A DNA stretch of 64,000 nucleotides from a virus (IMGVR_UViG_3300025764_000004:10010-74009), one strand, 5' to 3'. Counted from the first letter of the stretch, positions 18,521 through 28,793 are shown. The notes: generated by a model not told the origin, from the letters alone. Numbers and translations: made by a program.

Positions 18521-19805
18521 TTTTCGAGGCAAAGTACATTCTGACGCACAACGTCAAGAATCCTCGAAGTTCGGGTACTTAAATGTATCTAAAGATCAGC
18601 AATTTTCCCCGGAAGTAGACACTAAAGTAATGCTTGATTTTATGCCTTACGAAGTGACAGACATACATCATTCTGATAGAAACGAAAAAGATGAAGTTGC
18701 TCTTGTTGGAGATCTTTGGTACAAACGTTCATTTAAAGTTCATAGAAATGTAGGTTCATCAAATGATGCTGTTGTTTGTTTAACCTCATTTGGTAAGAAA
18801 TGTCCAATTTGCGAGTACCGTGCAAAACGAGTAAAAGAAGGTGCAGACAAAGATGAGTTAGATGCATTAAAAACATCAGACAGGAACTTGTATGTTGTTA
18901 TACCGCTTGATTCTAAAAAGCATAAAGTTCAGCCTTATGTGATGGACATTAGTCAGGCAATGTTTGGCAAACTGTTGAAAAAAGAATTAGATGATAATCC
19001 TGACTGCGAAGTATTTCCAGATCTTGAAGAAGGGATGACTTTAAAAGTTCGTTTTGACGGAAAGACAATGGGCACCAGTAAGCCTTTTCCTGAAGCAACT
19101 CGTATTGATTTTTATGATCGTAAAAAACCGTATCCAGAATCAATATTGGAAGAAATTCCAAACTTAGACAAGGTTTTGCGTCAATTAACCTATGCAGAAT
19201 TGGAAGCTAAGTTCTTCGAAATTGATAATGAGGATGCTGCTGAAGATTTAAAAGAATCAAAAGGTAAAAAAGAGGAAGAGGAAGCTCCTCGGAAACGCAA
19301 GACTGTTAAAGAGGAAGAAGAGGAACCTCCTGTTCGTAAACGTAAAACAGTAGAACCTGAACCAGAAGAAGCTCCTCGTAAACGTCGTGCGGTAAAAGAA
19401 GAACCGGAACCTGAACCTGAGCCAGAAGAAGTGGAAATTACTTGGGAAGATTTGCAAGCAATGAAACCTTCTGTACTGAAACAACTTTGTGAAGAAAATG
19501 GGTTAGAAACAAATCCAAATGACTTCGATGATGATCCGAGTGCTTTCCGTCGGGCTATTGCAAAAGAAATAGGGATTGAGTATCCAAAGAAAGCTCTTGC
19601 TCGTCCTTCTACAAAAGAGGAAGAAGAAGATGAGGAACCTGCGCCGAAGATGACCTCCCGTTCTAAACCTGTAAAAGAAGAAGAGCCTACAGGCACGTGT
19701 CCATTTAAACACAAATTTGGTGTTGATGGAAACAAATTTGATGACTGTGACGATTGTAAAGTTTGGGATGATTGCTTAGATGCAAAAGAAAAGAAAACCA
19801 AATGA
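18501..19805 (+). CDS. gp32-like single-stranded DNA-binding protein with long repetitive tail
   Basis: H-x-C...CPICE Zn site, D...G..L.V.F; acidic/basic repeats; C-terminal Cys4 cluster. Confidence 0.7.
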   Translation: MAKKKSSFRGKVHSDAQRQESSKFGYLNVSKDQQFSPEVDTKVMLDFMPYEVTDIHHSDRNEKDEVALVGDLWYKRSFKVHRNVGSSNDAVVCLTSFGKKCPICEYRAKRVKEGADKDELDALKTSDRNLYVVIPLDSKKHKVQPYVMDISQAMFGKLLKKELDDNPDCEVFPDLEEGMTLKVRFDGKTMGTSKPFPEATRIDFYDRKKPYPESILEEIPNLDKVLRQLTYAELEAKFFEIDNEDAAEDLKESKGKKEEEEAPRKRKTVKEEEEEPPVRKRKTVEPEPEEAPRKRRAVKEEPEPEPEPEEVEITWEDLQAMKPSVLKQLCEENGLETNPNDFDDDPSAFRRAIAKEIGIEYPKKALARPSTKEEEEDEEPAPKMTSRSKPVKEEEPTGTCPFKHKFGVDGNKFDDCDDCKVWDDCLDAKEKKTK

Positions 19806-20176
19806 CACTCCTAAAAATTAAAAATGAAAAGCATTTAGAAGATCAGAGTGAAGATAGGCACGTTGGGATAATTCTGCCCCAACGTGTTCATTCTTATCTA
19901 ACTTTATACACGTATGCAAATTCTGTGGCAAAAACAATAGTTATAAAAGAGCTGTTACAGAATTGGATGGACTCTGAAGGAAATACATCAGAAGAAGAGC
20001 TCATTAAAAAAATTGTAGTCAGAACAATTACTATTTGGAAACGTAAACGTGCAAAAGATGAAACCTGTTCTCTCAATCAATTTAAAAAACAATTAATAGC
20101 AGAATTTCAATGGAGAGGATTACCCATAGAAATAATCAAAAAAATCTTAACTGGATTTAACGATGGAACGAACTAG
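19802..20176 (+). CDS. hypothetical protein (possible ribbon-helix-helix)
   Basis: beta-alpha-alpha-like N-terminal pattern. Confidence 0.5.
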   Translation: MTLLKIKNEKHLEDQSEDRHVGIILPQRVHSYLTLYTYANSVAKTIVIKELLQNWMDSEGNTSEEELIKKIVVRTITIWKRKRAKDETCSLNQFKKQLIAEFQWRGLPIEIIKKILTGFNDGTN

Positions 20177-21224
20177 AAGAAAGCCAGATGAATCTCTAAG
20201 CACTCAAATGGTTAGACGAACAAACAAGCCTGCAATCGAAAAGAAAGAATATGACGGGGATTTTGGGACTGTAATTAGCACAGGCAGCACCTTGCTTGAT
20301 TTAGCCATATCAGGCGGAAGAATACACGGCGGAGGCTTGCCCGGAGGTATATTAGTAGAGTGCTTTGGGCCTAGCGGATCGGGCAAGACAGTGCTACTGT
20401 CAGAGATTGCCGGTTGTGTACAACGTAAAGGTGGAGATATAATGTTTGCTGATCCAGAAGCTCGCCTTAACAAACAATTTGCAGCAATGTTTGGTCTTGA
20501 CTTACCTGAAGATAGTTATACACGTCCAGACACGGTTATTGAATTATTTAAATCTGCAAACGACTGGGAGCCTACAACATTCAAACGTAAAACCATAAAT
20601 GGTATATTTGCTGACTCACTTGCTGCCCTTTCTACTGACATGGAAATGACAAAAGAGGAAGGCGATAAGATGGGAATGAAACGTGCAAAAGACTTTTCAG
20701 AACAACTTAGGAAATTCTGTCGCGTTATTGCAGAAAAGAATTATTTGATGGTCTGCTCTAATCAGGTTCGTGTAAATGCAGATGCAGGACTTTACGGAGA
20801 GAAATATACCACTCCAGGAGGAGTTTCTATTGGCTTTTATAGTAGCCTGAGATTAAAATTTACTAAGCCTGCAAAGATTAAAGACAAACAAAAAGTCGTT
20901 GGTAAGGATGTTACACGTGTTATAGGTGTAGAAGTAGAAATCGAAGTGTACAAATCGTCTATCTGGAAGCCTTATCATACTGCCCCTGTTTACATTCTAT
21001 TTGATTATGGGGTAGATGACATTCGTGCGAATCTGCAATATGTCAAAGACTTTACCAAAAATACAGCATACACCTGTGGTGGTGAGAAACTTGATACCAG
21101 TTTAGAAGGGTCCATTAAAGCTATAGAATCTGCTGGACTAGAGGAAGATCTTCGTGAAGAAGTTATTGCATTGTGGGAACAAATTGAACGTAAATTCGAA
21201 AATGAAAGAAAACCAAAACGATGA
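20163..21224 (+). CDS. recA: RecA/UvsX recombinase
   Basis: STGS..LD.A..GG.P.G..E.FGP.GSGKT, DSLAAL, NQVR, TPGG. Confidence 0.93.
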   Translation: MERTRRKPDESLSTQMVRRTNKPAIEKKEYDGDFGTVISTGSTLLDLAISGGRIHGGGLPGGILVECFGPSGSGKTVLLSEIAGCVQRKGGDIMFADPEARLNKQFAAMFGLDLPEDSYTRPDTVIELFKSANDWEPTTFKRKTINGIFADSLAALSTDMEMTKEEGDKMGMKRAKDFSEQLRKFCRVIAEKNYLMVCSNQVRVNADAGLYGEKYTTPGGVSIGFYSSLRLKFTKPAKIKDKQKVVGKDVTRVIGVEVEIEVYKSSIWKPYHTAPVYILFDYGVDDIRANLQYVKDFTKNTAYTCGGEKLDTSLEGSIKAIESAGLEEDLREEVIALWEQIERKFENERKPKR

Positions 21225-21412
21225 TAACTGATGAATCATTAATGCCGTGGGGCAAGTACAAAGGGGATAAAATGATTAATGTCCCTGCTTCTTATTTACT
21301 TTGGTTATATGACATGGAGAAAGTTTACGGTGAGGTAAAAGAATACATCAAAGATAATTTAGAGGTATTGCAATTTCAAGTTAAACAAAATCAAAATGAT
21401 TACAAGGGATAA
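21221..21412 (+). CDS. DUF3820-like small protein
   Basis: MPWGKYKG....VP..YL.W. Confidence 0.7.
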   Translation: MITDESLMPWGKYKGDKMINVPASYLLWLYDMEKVYGEVKEYIKDNLEVLQFQVKQNQNDYKG

Positions 21413-21662
21413 TTATAGTTGGTTTGTTGGTTATTTAATTCAATTTAATGATCCTGTAATAAGATACGGTCCTTTTGAGACTTTAGAAAGCATTTTAATG
21501 GACAGTTCATTAACTCCTCAATCCGATGATTATATTATCAGAGTATCTAGAACCGGTCGTTTCTTTCTTAGATTTTTATATTCTAAATATCGTTGGAGAG
21601 ACATGGATACAATAGAATACATTCCGTCAGAGTCAAATATAAAATTAATATATCTAAAATGA
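21396..21662 (+). CDS. hypothetical protein
   Basis: ORF in operon. Confidence 0.5.
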   Translation: MITRDNYSWFVGYLIQFNDPVIRYGPFETLESILMDSSLTPQSDDYIIRVSRTGRFFLRFLYSKYRWRDMDTIEYIPSESNIKLIYLK

Positions 21663-22150
21663 TAAGAATAAAAAAACCTATTGCAAAAGCACCAGAACAA
21701 TCGCTTAAAATCCTAGCTTTAGATGTAGCAACACATTGTGGTTGGGCAATTTCCCATTCTGTGTACGGTGTGTGGGACCTGACTCCTAAACGAGACGAGT
21801 CCATCGGGATGAGACTTATTCGTTTACGTTCAAAATTAAACGACATTATTGATTGTGAGCACATCAATCTTGTTGTATTTGAGCGTCCGGGAGGTGCTTT
21901 TAAAGGTGCTATTATTGTTCAATCAGAATTACAAGGACAAATTAAGGTTGTGTGTGAAGACAAATCTATTCCTTACCGTGCTTATAGTTCTCAAGAAATC
22001 AAAAAGTTTGCAACAGGTAAAGGTAATGCTGGAAAACCTGCTATGATTGCTGCTGCAAAACTTAAATTAGATTATCCTGAGGAACGTAATAATGATGATG
22101 AATGCGATGCTTTGTGGATGTTGGAACTTGCTAATTCTGAATACAAATGA
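21659..22150 (+). CDS. ruvC: RuvC-like Holliday junction resolvase
   Basis: ILALD.....GW, VVFE, IKK.ATGKGNA.K, DDECDA. Confidence 0.85.
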   Translation: MIRIKKPIAKAPEQSLKILALDVATHCGWAISHSVYGVWDLTPKRDESIGMRLIRLRSKLNDIIDCEHINLVVFERPGGAFKGAIIVQSELQGQIKVVCEDKSIPYRAYSSQEIKKFATGKGNAGKPAMIAAAKLKLDYPEERNNDDECDALWMLELANSEYK

Positions 22151-23247
22151 TCAACTCGCTACAAATCAAAAACTTTCAATCACATAAAAATACCAAATTA
22201 GAATTTTCTGAAGGTGTTAATGTGATTCTAGGCCCGTCAGATAGTGGAAAATCCGCTGTTATGAAAGCCTTAAAATGGGCTATAAATAACAGACCTTCAG
22301 GGGATAAAATATGTTCTTGGTGGGGCGGAGAAACTGAAGTTAAAATTTTGACAGATGAAGGAATAATTACTAGAAAAAAAGACAAATCTGATGAATATCG
22401 TTTAGGGGATCCTCTCGGAGAATATAAAGACCTGATTTTTAAAGCATTTGGCTTAACTGTCCCAGAAGAAATTAGTTCTACTTTGAACATATCTGAAGTA
22501 AACATTCAAAATCAAGCAGATGCTCATTTCCTAATAAGTAAAACTCCCGGAGAGGTTGCAGCTCATTTCAATAAAGTTGCACGTTTAGATAAAATTGATA
22601 TTGCTACCAATAATGTAAACAGTTGGCTGAGTCATTTAAGAAATGATATCGGTTCTGTTGCTGTCAAAGGAAGAGCTTCGTTTGGTTTAGTCAAGCAATT
22701 AGCTGATGCTAAAGAAGGTTTAGAAAAGTTTGCATACTTGCAAAAGATGGAAATAGATCTTGAGGTATTAGAAGAATTAGCTAATCAATTAAAAAGTATT
22801 GGATTAAAAGTTCCTATACTTACCAGCTTATTAAAAAACATTGCAGCAACAGGGGAAAGCATTAAAGAAAAATCAACATTATTAAAACTTGAACAACCAT
22901 TAACAGACGTTTTATCCAAAATCATATTAAGAAGAGAATTAGGGGATAATGGAAATAAATTGTTTAAATTAATCAAGGAAATAAAAAGTACCAAGCAAGA
23001 TTTAGATGATGCTGAAAGTATATTAATATTAGAAGCCCCTGTTGCCGTTTTGTTGCAATTGTATAAAAGTAAAGAAGTATTGAATCAGCAACTAAATCAG
23101 CTAAATCGTGCCGTTTTAAATGCTCGTAATACAAACACACAACTAAAACAAAAAGAGGCAGAATTCGAGAGAATTCAAAAGACTTTTTCAGATAACTTCC
23201 CAGAAGTTTGTCCCCTCTGCGGTATGCAACAAATTCATAAACATTAA
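22147..23247 (+). CDS. sbcC: SbcC/Rad50 ATPase, N-terminal half ending at zinc hook
   Basis: NFQSH, GPSDSGKS, Q-loop, coiled coil, CPLC. Confidence 0.85.
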   Translation: MINSLQIKNFQSHKNTKLEFSEGVNVILGPSDSGKSAVMKALKWAINNRPSGDKICSWWGGETEVKILTDEGIITRKKDKSDEYRLGDPLGEYKDLIFKAFGLTVPEEISSTLNISEVNIQNQADAHFLISKTPGEVAAHFNKVARLDKIDIATNNVNSWLSHLRNDIGSVAVKGRASFGLVKQLADAKEGLEKFAYLQKMEIDLEVLEELANQLKSIGLKVPILTSLLKNIAATGESIKEKSTLLKLEQPLTDVLSKIILRRELGDNGNKLFKLIKEIKSTKQDLDDAESILILEAPVAVLLQLYKSKEVLNQQLNQLNRAVLNARNTNTQLKQKEAEFERIQKTFSDNFPEVCPLCGMQQIHKH

Positions 23248-23254
23248 AATAAAA

Positions 23255-23410
23255 ATGAGTAATCTAATAGTGAACATTAGGTTTTTTTATTGGCATTTAC
23301 AAATAGGCAAAGGACTTAGAACCTTTAAAATATTAAGGAATGAATCAATTACCAGCTTAAAAGGAATGCCAAAAATTAAAGTATTTGAGTTTTTTAATCT
23401 CATAAACTGA
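23255..23410 (+). CDS. 51-aa hypothetical protein
   Basis: ORF fills the gap between neighbours on the operon strand. Confidence 0.5.
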   Translation: MSNLIVNIRFFYWHLQIGKGLRTFKILRNESITSLKGMPKIKVFEFFNLIN

Positions 23411-23413
23411 AAA

Positions 23414-23680
23414 ATGGATAAAAGTATTATTGTAAAAGGGAAAGAGAACGACGTTGTTTTTAGATTATTCGAAAACAACAATTCTATTAATGAAATTCAC
23501 ATTCAAATAGAAGGTGAAAAGTCATGGATTGTTATTGGATACGGAGACCTGAAAATGGCTATTGAAAAGGCAGAAAATGAATTTAATATCAAAAAATTAG
23601 AAGATAGTGAATTGATAAAAATTGCCGATATAACTTACAACATGGAAGAAAGAACAGAAACAATTAAAAGACTGATTTAA
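23414..23680 (+). CDS. hypothetical protein
   Basis: ORF in operon. Confidence 0.55.
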   Translation: MDKSIIVKGKENDVVFRLFENNNSINEIHIQIEGEKSWIVIGYGDLKMAIEKAENEFNIKKLEDSELIKIADITYNMEERTETIKRLI

Positions 23681-24021
23681 TGAAAAATTTACTATTAATT
23701 ATCACAGTTTTTTTATCGGTTAACTGCCTCGCTCAAAACCGATTTGAAAAAGTATTTGCAAGGGCCGATAGTGCTTTTTCTCAACTGGTTGATTCTGTAA
23801 AGTTCAATCAAGTTATCAAAGAAATTGAAGCTGACACGGATAAAATAACCTTGACAACCGAACAATGTTTGCTTCTGTATTTTAACGGATATATTAATGG
23901 ATCGTTGAGATTTAAGCAAAAGGGAAGTTTTGATTTTGATGGCCTACTTAGAGAAATCAAGGAAAATAAACAATCAATTATCAGTTACAGAAGGTGTTAC
24001 CGTCTGATTTTACATCACTAG
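23680..24021 (+). CDS. secreted hypothetical protein
   Basis: signal peptide MKNLLLIITVFLSVNCLA-Q. Confidence 0.6.
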   Translation: MKNLLLIITVFLSVNCLAQNRFEKVFARADSAFSQLVDSVKFNQVIKEIEADTDKITLTTEQCLLLYFNGYINGSLRFKQKGSFDFDGLLREIKENKQSIISYRRCYRLILHH

Positions 24022-24040
24022 ATAAAAATAAAGAAATAAT

Positions 24041-24229
24041 ATGCCTTTAATAATAGATAATAATGAAGGTGAAAGTTATTGTTATGATGAAACACACCCT
24101 ATGATATTCGAAGATGAAGCGTCTGCAATACATTATCTTCAAGAACACGAAAACCTTTTTAAAAATAAACCAGAGTGGTTCGTAAAAGAACAAATAAATT
24201 TAAACCAATCGGGGACTCAAAATAATTAA
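24041..24229 (+). CDS. hypothetical protein
   Basis: ORF in operon. Confidence 0.5.
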   Translation: MPLIIDNNEGESYCYDETHPMIFEDEASAIHYLQEHENLFKNKPEWFVKEQINLNQSGTQNN

Positions 24230-24233
24230 CATC

Positions 24234-25163
24234 ATGATAAGGAAAGAACCAAGATACACAAACAGAATGCCAGATCGTATTCCTGATGCAATTCTTTGTG
24301 CCGATATACATTTGGTAGAACGGGATTACCAGGCTCCATGTCGTACAGATTCTCTTTGGGAAAAGCAATGGATTAAAATGGACTTTATTTCTGCGTTACA
24401 AAAGAAATTTAGCTGTCCGGTTTTGTGTGCAGGTGATTTATTTGACTTTTGGAAACCTAGCCCAGATTTGCTTTCTGAGACAGCACGACATATCCCTAAA
24501 GAATTTTATACCATATATGGACAGCATGATGTTCCTCAGCATAGTTTAGATTTGTCTTACAAAAGTGGAATTCATAACTTGATTGTTAATGGTAAAGTAG
24601 ATATATTAGACGACAAACATAACCCATCTGACATAGCTGAAGGGTGCTCATGGGGAATGAAGCCTACTGGGGAAACCGTAGGTAATCCGTTTAAAATACT
24701 TGTTTGGCATACAACCACCTATCAAGGAAAAGAACTTTGGCCTGGAGCAGAAATTCCAATGGCTGCAACATTATTAAGAAAATATCCACAATATAATTTG
24801 ATTGTGACAGGAGATAATCACAAACCTTTTACAGAATCATATCAAGGACGTTGGTTAGTTAATCCAGGTTCTATGATGCGATTAACTGCTGATCAAGCAG
24901 ATCACAAACCAAGAGTATATCTTTGGTATGCAGAAGATAATTCTATCAATATGGTTTATCTTCCTATTGAGTTAAATGTAATTACACGAGAACATTTAGA
25001 TATCAAAGAACAAAGAGATGCTCGTATAGATGCTTTTATTACACGTTTAAACGGGGAATATGAAGCAGGTCTGTCTTTTGAAGAGAACTTAGAACGGTTT
25101 TATGCAACAAACCAAATTCGCGAAAGTGTCAAAAATATAGTATATAAATCTTTAGAATCATGA
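24234..25163 (+). CDS. sbcD: SbcD/Mre11 metallophosphoesterase nuclease
   Basis: ADIH, AGDLFD, GQHD, GDNH, NPGS. Confidence 0.88.
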   Translation: MIRKEPRYTNRMPDRIPDAILCADIHLVERDYQAPCRTDSLWEKQWIKMDFISALQKKFSCPVLCAGDLFDFWKPSPDLLSETARHIPKEFYTIYGQHDVPQHSLDLSYKSGIHNLIVNGKVDILDDKHNPSDIAEGCSWGMKPTGETVGNPFKILVWHTTTYQGKELWPGAEIPMAATLLRKYPQYNLIVTGDNHKPFTESYQGRWLVNPGSMMRLTADQADHKPRVYLWYAEDNSINMVYLPIELNVITREHLDIKEQRDARIDAFITRLNGEYEAGLSFEENLERFYATNQIRESVKNIVYKSLES

Positions 25164-25441
25164 AAAAGAAAGAATTAAAATCTACAGTCATTGCATTGAA
25201 TAATAGGGTCCATGATTTAGAGGATCAAAAAGAAAGTAATGAATGGAAAGTAAAACTATATCAAGATTTGGCCGACTCAAATTTACAACTTTTAGGTTAT
25301 GAGTTTGAGGCAGAACCGCCAATCGACGTAACTTGTAATATTGATCCATATACTCAATATTATCAGACAGGTAATTTTACAGTTACTCTGCATCTTCATA
25401 GACCTATTAAAAAAGAAAGTCATGATACCAACTCCGCTTGA
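25160..25441 (+). CDS. hypothetical protein
   Basis: ORF in operon. Confidence 0.5.
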   Translation: MKKKELKSTVIALNNRVHDLEDQKESNEWKVKLYQDLADSNLQLLGYEFEAEPPIDVTCNIDPYTQYYQTGNFTVTLHLHRPIKKESHDTNSA

Positions 25442-25646
25442 ATTACTTCAAAAACAATTAACAGATTTAGAACGTAATTTAGAGAAATCAGAAGAAATGC
25501 ACCTAAATGATGAAATTGATTTTTATCTCAGACAAACACATGTAAGAAATCTAGCACCTAAAATTAGAAAATATCAACAAGCCATAAAAATATTAACTAA
25601 TCATGATGAACGAAACACAATTACTCAAGCTAAAGAAAGAAGTTGA
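25422..25646 (+). CDS. hypothetical protein
   Basis: ORF in operon. Confidence 0.5.
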   Translation: MIPTPLELLQKQLTDLERNLEKSEEMHLNDEIDFYLRQTHVRNLAPKIRKYQQAIKILTNHDERNTITQAKERS

Positions 25647-25839
25647 AGAAGCAAAACAAGAAGTGTCTGAACTTAAAGGACATTTGACTGCTCAAACAAA
25701 ACAACTCAAAGAAGAATGGAAATGTACTTCTGTTGAAGAAGGTGAAGCCAAAATTGCTAATATGAAAAAAGAAATTAGCAAAATAGATGAACAAATTGAA
25801 GAAGGGTCAAACAAAATAGAGGAAATGTACAATGCTTAA
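25603..25839 (+). CDS. short coiled-coil protein
   Basis: heptad pattern. Confidence 0.6.
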   Translation: MMNETQLLKLKKEVEEAKQEVSELKGHLTAQTKQLKEEWKCTSVEEGEAKIANMKKEISKIDEQIEEGSNKIEEMYNA

Positions 25840-26047
25840 AAAAGGTGATAGAATTATATTTTTAAAGGATATTACAGAAAATGCCACTGGGGATCATCCA
25901 GAATATCAACTAGCCATAAAAGGGCAAAAAGGTACTATTAATGAAAAATTAATACCTGAAGAAAGTGATTGGTTTAGTGTTTATTGGGACGGTTGGACTT
26001 CTGCTTCTTTTTCCGCAGAATTGAATGTAGATTTTAAAATTATTTAA
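25832..26047 (+). CDS. hypothetical protein (SH3/KOW-like)
   Basis: KGDRI...G.KGTI...V.WD. Confidence 0.55.
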   Translation: MLKKGDRIIFLKDITENATGDHPEYQLAIKGQKGTINEKLIPEESDWFSVYWDGWTSASFSAELNVDFKII

Positions 26048-26049
26048 TT

Positions 26050-26676
26050 ATGTATGATCTGAAACAAATACGGTCAAGATTGGAGCAGCAAAAAGGAAGA
26101 AAATTCCAGTTAGAGCAAACTGTTATACTTTTGACTGAAGAAATAAAAGAGAAGAACAGGGATTTGCAACGTCATGAAGAAGCAAAAGAAATTATACGAA
26201 CTGTCGGATTAACTACTCAACAACAATTGCAATATAATATCAGCAATATAACTTCGCTTGCTATGGAAGCTGTTTTTACTGATCCTTATGAATTGAAAGT
26301 AGAATTCATTCAACGTAGAAATAAAACAGAGTGTGATTTGTTATTTGTAAGAGATGAACAAGAAGTGAACCCTCTAGATGCTTCTGGCCTAGGTGCTGTA
26401 GATGTTGCTTCATTTGCTTTGAGAATTGCATCGTGGTCGATGTCCCAGCCTCATACAAGAAATGTGTTATTATTAGACGAGCCGTTTAAACATCTACGAG
26501 GAGAAGAAGAGAATGCAAGAGTGCTGCAAATGTTAAAAACAATCTCAAAGACATTACACGTTCAGATTATAATGATAGGGGATGTCAAAGTGCCTAAAGA
26601 AGTAATTGCAGAATATGCGGACCGTGTATTTGAAACAAGAATTAAAGGACGTGTTACAAAAATCTTACAATCATGA
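26050..26676 (+). CDS. sbcC: SbcC/Rad50 ATPase, C-terminal half
   Basis: coiled coil then signature ASG.G, Walker B LLLDEPF. Confidence 0.85.
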   Translation: MYDLKQIRSRLEQQKGRKFQLEQTVILLTEEIKEKNRDLQRHEEAKEIIRTVGLTTQQQLQYNISNITSLAMEAVFTDPYELKVEFIQRRNKTECDLLFVRDEQEVNPLDASGLGAVDVASFALRIASWSMSQPHTRNVLLLDEPFKHLRGEEENARVLQMLKTISKTLHVQIIMIGDVKVPKEVIAEYADRVFETRIKGRVTKILQS

Positions 26677-26837
26677 CTGTCCTTTATTTAATTATAGACA
26701 TTTTTTGTATTTCTATTTTTGTTTGGGTTTTGTGGCCTAACAAAAGAGATTTTCGTATATTTAAGATTTGGTATAAAAGAAACTTTAAATAAACCTGATT
26801 TAAGCTATTTACTCAGCCTACAAACAATTGAATTACA

Positions 26838-26880
26838 AAAATAAGCCCCTTATATGCTTTAAATATAAGGGGCTTTAAAA
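26838..26880. terminator. bidirectional terminator between convergent arms
   Basis: AAGCCCCTTATAT/ATATAAGGGGCTT 13-bp stem. Confidence 0.85.
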
Positions 26881-26905
26881 TGCCTGAAAATAGGCTTATT
26901 TAAAA

Positions 26906-27421
26906 CTATGCTATTCGAACCGGATTTACAAACCCTGTCAAATTTAGACCATTTGGATTAAACGGCAAATTTAACTTCCTGTATTTTTCAAGAACCGTAG
27001 TCCCCTCCCTACTTCCTGCCTTAGATGTATTCCCAGAAACAAAGTTAAATCCAACATCATCAAAAGTAGTAACAATTCCTTCATGCCCAGATGATGAGTT
27101 CCCTTCTCTGAAGATAACTAATGCACCGACTACCGGATTTGTTTGTACATGAAACTCTTTGCTTTTCTGAAAATTAAAATAGGTATTTAAAGAACTTCCG
27201 TTTGCATATTTAAGAATCAATTTTGCTCCAACAGGATCACTACTTAAAAAAGCATCGTACCAAACAGCCTTTGCGAAGTATGCACACCAAGATTGATTCT
27301 TTAGCCATCCTATTTTGATCATCCAGTTTTGAAACCAAGAATTTCGGAACCCTGAATTATTTGGTAATTCTTCTTGCCCTATATATTTTCTTGCAACTTC
27401 TACAATCAATTCACCTTTCAT
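26906..27421 (-). CDS. CHAP-domain endolysin
   Basis: WCAYF, GHEGIV, GNT. Confidence 0.85.
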   Translation of the reverse strand: MKGELIVEVARKYIGQEELPNNSGFRNSWFQNWMIKIGWLKNQSWCAYFAKAVWYDAFLSSDPVGAKLILKYANGSSLNTYFNFQKSKEFHVQTNPVVGALVIFREGNSSSGHEGIVTTFDDVGFNFVSGNTSKAGSREGTTVLEKYRKLNLPFNPNGLNLTGFVNPVRIA

Positions 27422-27435
27422 AACTTCTGATTATT

Positions 27436-27465
27436 AAAATCCGGCCATATTTCAGACCGGATTTT
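27436..27465. terminator. hairpin/terminator
   Basis: AAAATCCGG/CCGGATTTT. Confidence 0.55.
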
Positions 27466-27470
27466 TGTTT

Positions 27471-27701
27471 TTAGGCTTTTGCTTCTGCAACAGCAACAAG
27501 CGAATTGAATATTTCATCAATCACTTCGTAAACTACTGGCAAAGTTTCAGCCGGAATTTTTGCTTTCAATTTTTCCAGTAATAAGTTATCAACTAACCTG
27601 ATTGCCGGTCCGTCCAATGCTTCTGAAATACCTTTCAAGACGATTAAATCGTCAACCTTTTTCTCTTGTTCCTCGGTGAGGAATCCTTTACGATCATCCA
27701 T
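27471..27701 (-). CDS. hypothetical protein
   Basis: ORF in lysis region. Confidence 0.6.
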   Translation of the reverse strand: MDDRKGFLTEEQEKKVDDLIVLKGISEALDGPAIRLVDNLLLEKLKAKIPAETLPVVYEVIDEIFNSLVAVAEAKA

Positions 27702-27731
27702 GATTTTAATTTTAAATTGTTAAGAAACTAT

Positions 27732-28082
27732 TTATTTTTGCACAACCTCATTTGACGGTCGTGCTAGGATTTCTTTATTTGCTGTGGTCATATTTGCCAC
27801 TTTCGCAGCACCGACACCAACACCTGCACCTAACACACCAAGTCCTGATAGAACACTCATTCCAATAGTTACCCAAAGCGGAACAGCTATGCCGCCAGAT
27901 GCAATACTCGTTACCACAACCACTCCGACGCTACCAATGCCCCCGCAAATCCATGCTGCCACTTTTGCCCAGCCTTTGATACGTTCAAAGAATGGCGGAG
28001 TTGTGGTTTGACCTCTATCCTTTGCATCATTAATAACCTCTTTTACGGTTACTATGTTCCCCTCAATTGTTTCTGTTGCCAT
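27732..28082 (-). CDS. putative holin
   Basis: two TM helices, TPPFF.RI motif, near endolysin. Confidence 0.55.
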   Translation of the reverse strand: MATETIEGNIVTVKEVINDAKDRGQTTTPPFFERIKGWAKVAAWICGGIGSVGVVVVTSIASGGIAVPLWVTIGMSVLSGLGVLGAGVGVGAAKVANMTTANKEILARPSNEVVQK

Positions 28083-28222
28083 GATTTATAATTTTAAAAA
28101 TTTACGAATTTTTTGATATTGTTCAAATAATTTATATCTGCCTTTCATTGTTGTTAGTTTCAGCAAAAAAGGAGCTATGTTTAATTTCAATGTGTATTTA
28201 GATAGATTCATTTTTTAATGTG

Positions 28223-28408
28223 CTATGCTTCAAAAAATACCGGCTCTGAATGTTGGTGCAAATCCCTGCCTATCAGTAATTTTATCATTCCTTTTTTCAG
28301 GGGAATGAAATTATATTTTACAGAACAGGCATGAGGACAATGAACCCGGCCAACATCCTGTTCGTAAATCCATTCATTGCCTTTTTTATCAATTGCTAGA
28401 TATGGCAT
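28223..28408 (-). CDS. hypothetical protein
   Basis: YLA.DK.G.E.IY...L.KG.I..LIGR.L....EPV pattern. Confidence 0.55.
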   Translation of the reverse strand: MPYLAIDKKGNEWIYEQDVGRVHCPHACSVKYNFIPLKKGMIKLLIGRDLHQHSEPVFFEA

Positions 28409-28793
28409 TTTGTATCTTTCCGGTTTTCCAATTTGAGTAAAAATCAGGGATTGAAGGATACCTTCTCCATGCCTGTATTTTCAGTTCAACGGATACACAT
28501 TTTTCATTCGGTTCAACTGTAATACTGTTCTTTCCTTCAGGTGTAGTTGTGCCTCCCGACCATGTTATTTTAATTGGATTTACTGCCACATAATTACCAA
28601 GCGAATCGGTATATTGACCATTTATCTTCATCACCTTGTACTTTCCGTGCTGATACACTGTTTTCATAGTTTTCACTTTACACCAAGTTTCATATTTGGC
28701 ATATTCAGCCTTATCGGCCACTTTAAGGTAGCTTTGTGCTGAAGATGAACATACTAACAACAAGTAGAAAAAAATCAGAATTAGTGCTTTCAT
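28389..28793 (-). CDS. secreted hypothetical protein
   Basis: signal peptide ending SSSA-Q. Confidence 0.6.
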   Translation of the reverse strand: MKALILIFFYLLLVCSSSAQSYLKVADKAEYAKYETWCKVKTMKTVYQHGKYKVMKINGQYTDSLGNYVAVNPIKITWSGGTTTPEGKNSITVEPNEKCVSVELKIQAWRRYPSIPDFYSNWKTGKIQNAISSN

